NCBI GenBank assembly: GCA_038087875.1
Contig: CM075980.1
Span: 44,082,001 to 44,146,000, forward strand
Length of the DNA: 64,000 nt
Source of the DNA: Malacoraja senta
Taxonomy: Eukaryota
Direction: 5' to 3'
Program-made: the position numbers and the translations under genes
Notes under the pieces: generated by a model
The model's database searches: none
What the model was told of the DNA's origin: nothing
The model's input: only the letters and a program-made list of their open reading frames with translations
Part shown: positions 63,208 to 64,000 of the stretch, piece by piece
Numbering within the stretch: the stretch's first letter is position 1
Layout of the letters: every line of letters starts with the position of its first letter

Positions 63208-63530
63208 AAAGGACATAAAGTATTGCAGTAACTCAGCAGGTCAGGCAGCATCTCTGGAGAACATGGATAGGTGACGTTTTGGGTCGAGACCCTTCTTCAG
63301 ACTGATTGTGTGGGCGGGGCAGAGGGAGAAGTAAGCTGGAAAAGGTGAGAGACAGGAGAAAGCATGGCAGGTAATATGTCGACATAGGCGAGGGGGGGGG
63401 GGTGTTGATCGGCAGATGATTGGAACAAAGATCAGAAATAAGAACAGAAGGTGTGAGACACATTTGAAGAGTGGCAGATTGTGAATACAGATGGAGGAAA
63501 GTAGCAGGAGGGGTGGGCCTGGGGGGGAGG
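63208..63530 (-). mobile_element. PLE 3' UTR/pLTR with degenerate hammerhead
   Basis: CTGAAGA-AGGGTCTCGACCC-AAAACGTC at 63273-63300. Confidence 0.7.
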
Positions 63531-63651
63531 GTGGGAAGGGGAAGATATCTCGAATTACTCTAGCTAAAACTGTTATAATCTCTTGTCAAACCTCCTCTTA
63601 ATCTCTTTGCTCTGAGGAGACCAGTTGAAGTTTGCAGTTGAAGTCTCTTAT

Positions 63652-63945
63652 TTTGTTTAGTTTAGAGATACAGCGCGGACCCACTGGGTCCAACGATCCC
63701 CACACATTAACTATCCTCCACCCACTAGGGACTCTTTTTACATTTACTAAGCCAATTAGGCTACAAACCTGTACGTCTTTGGAGTGTGGGAAGAAATCGA
63801 AGATCTCGGAGAAAACCCACGCAGTTCATGGGGAGGACGTACACACACCGTACAGACAGCACCCATAGTCGCGATCGAACCCGGGTCTCCGGTGCTGGAT
63901 TCGTTGTAAGACTGCAACTCTACCGCTGGGCCACCATGACCGCCA
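63652..63945 (-). mobile_element. HE1 SINE
   Basis: Reverse-complement HE1 match. Confidence 0.8.
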
Positions 63946-64000
63946 CTTATCACTGGAACCATTCTCGTAATTTTGTTTCTGCACTCTTTAGGGCCACCTT

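Overview
Repeat-dense vertebrate genomic DNA, most likely from a cartilaginous fish (skate/ray-like). This is inferred from HE1-type V-SINEs and their HER1/CR1 partner LINEs. The window has three N gaps (~1228-1427, ~40287-40479, ~59773-59972). I could not reconstruct any complete host gene. The window is a mosaic of CR1, L1, Rex1/Babar and Penelope-like (PLE) retroelements, HE1 SINEs, PIF/Harbinger MITEs, hAT derivatives, Helitron remnants, a solo LTR and a probable DIRS 5' end. Main observations: (1) an intact TDP2 exon 1 with its 5' leader and splice donor lies between the two TIRs of a ~630-bp DNA transposon, and no other TDP2 exons are visible, suggesting Pack-type gene capture; (2) about 20 PLE-derived mini-elements carry minimal hammerhead ribozyme motifs, about 6 with intact cores, and many others are disabled by the same CpG mutation at catalytic G12; (3) a 442-bp segment was copied 35 kb away into a MITE and ends exactly at a predicted 5' splice site, which would fit templating by excised intron RNA; (4) a Helitron 3' end is flanked by a non-canonical 16-bp duplication; (5) a GC-rich retroposon family shares a covarying hairpin but carries different LINE-derived tails. 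Boundaries of old repeats are approximate, and family names come from motif recognition, not database searches.
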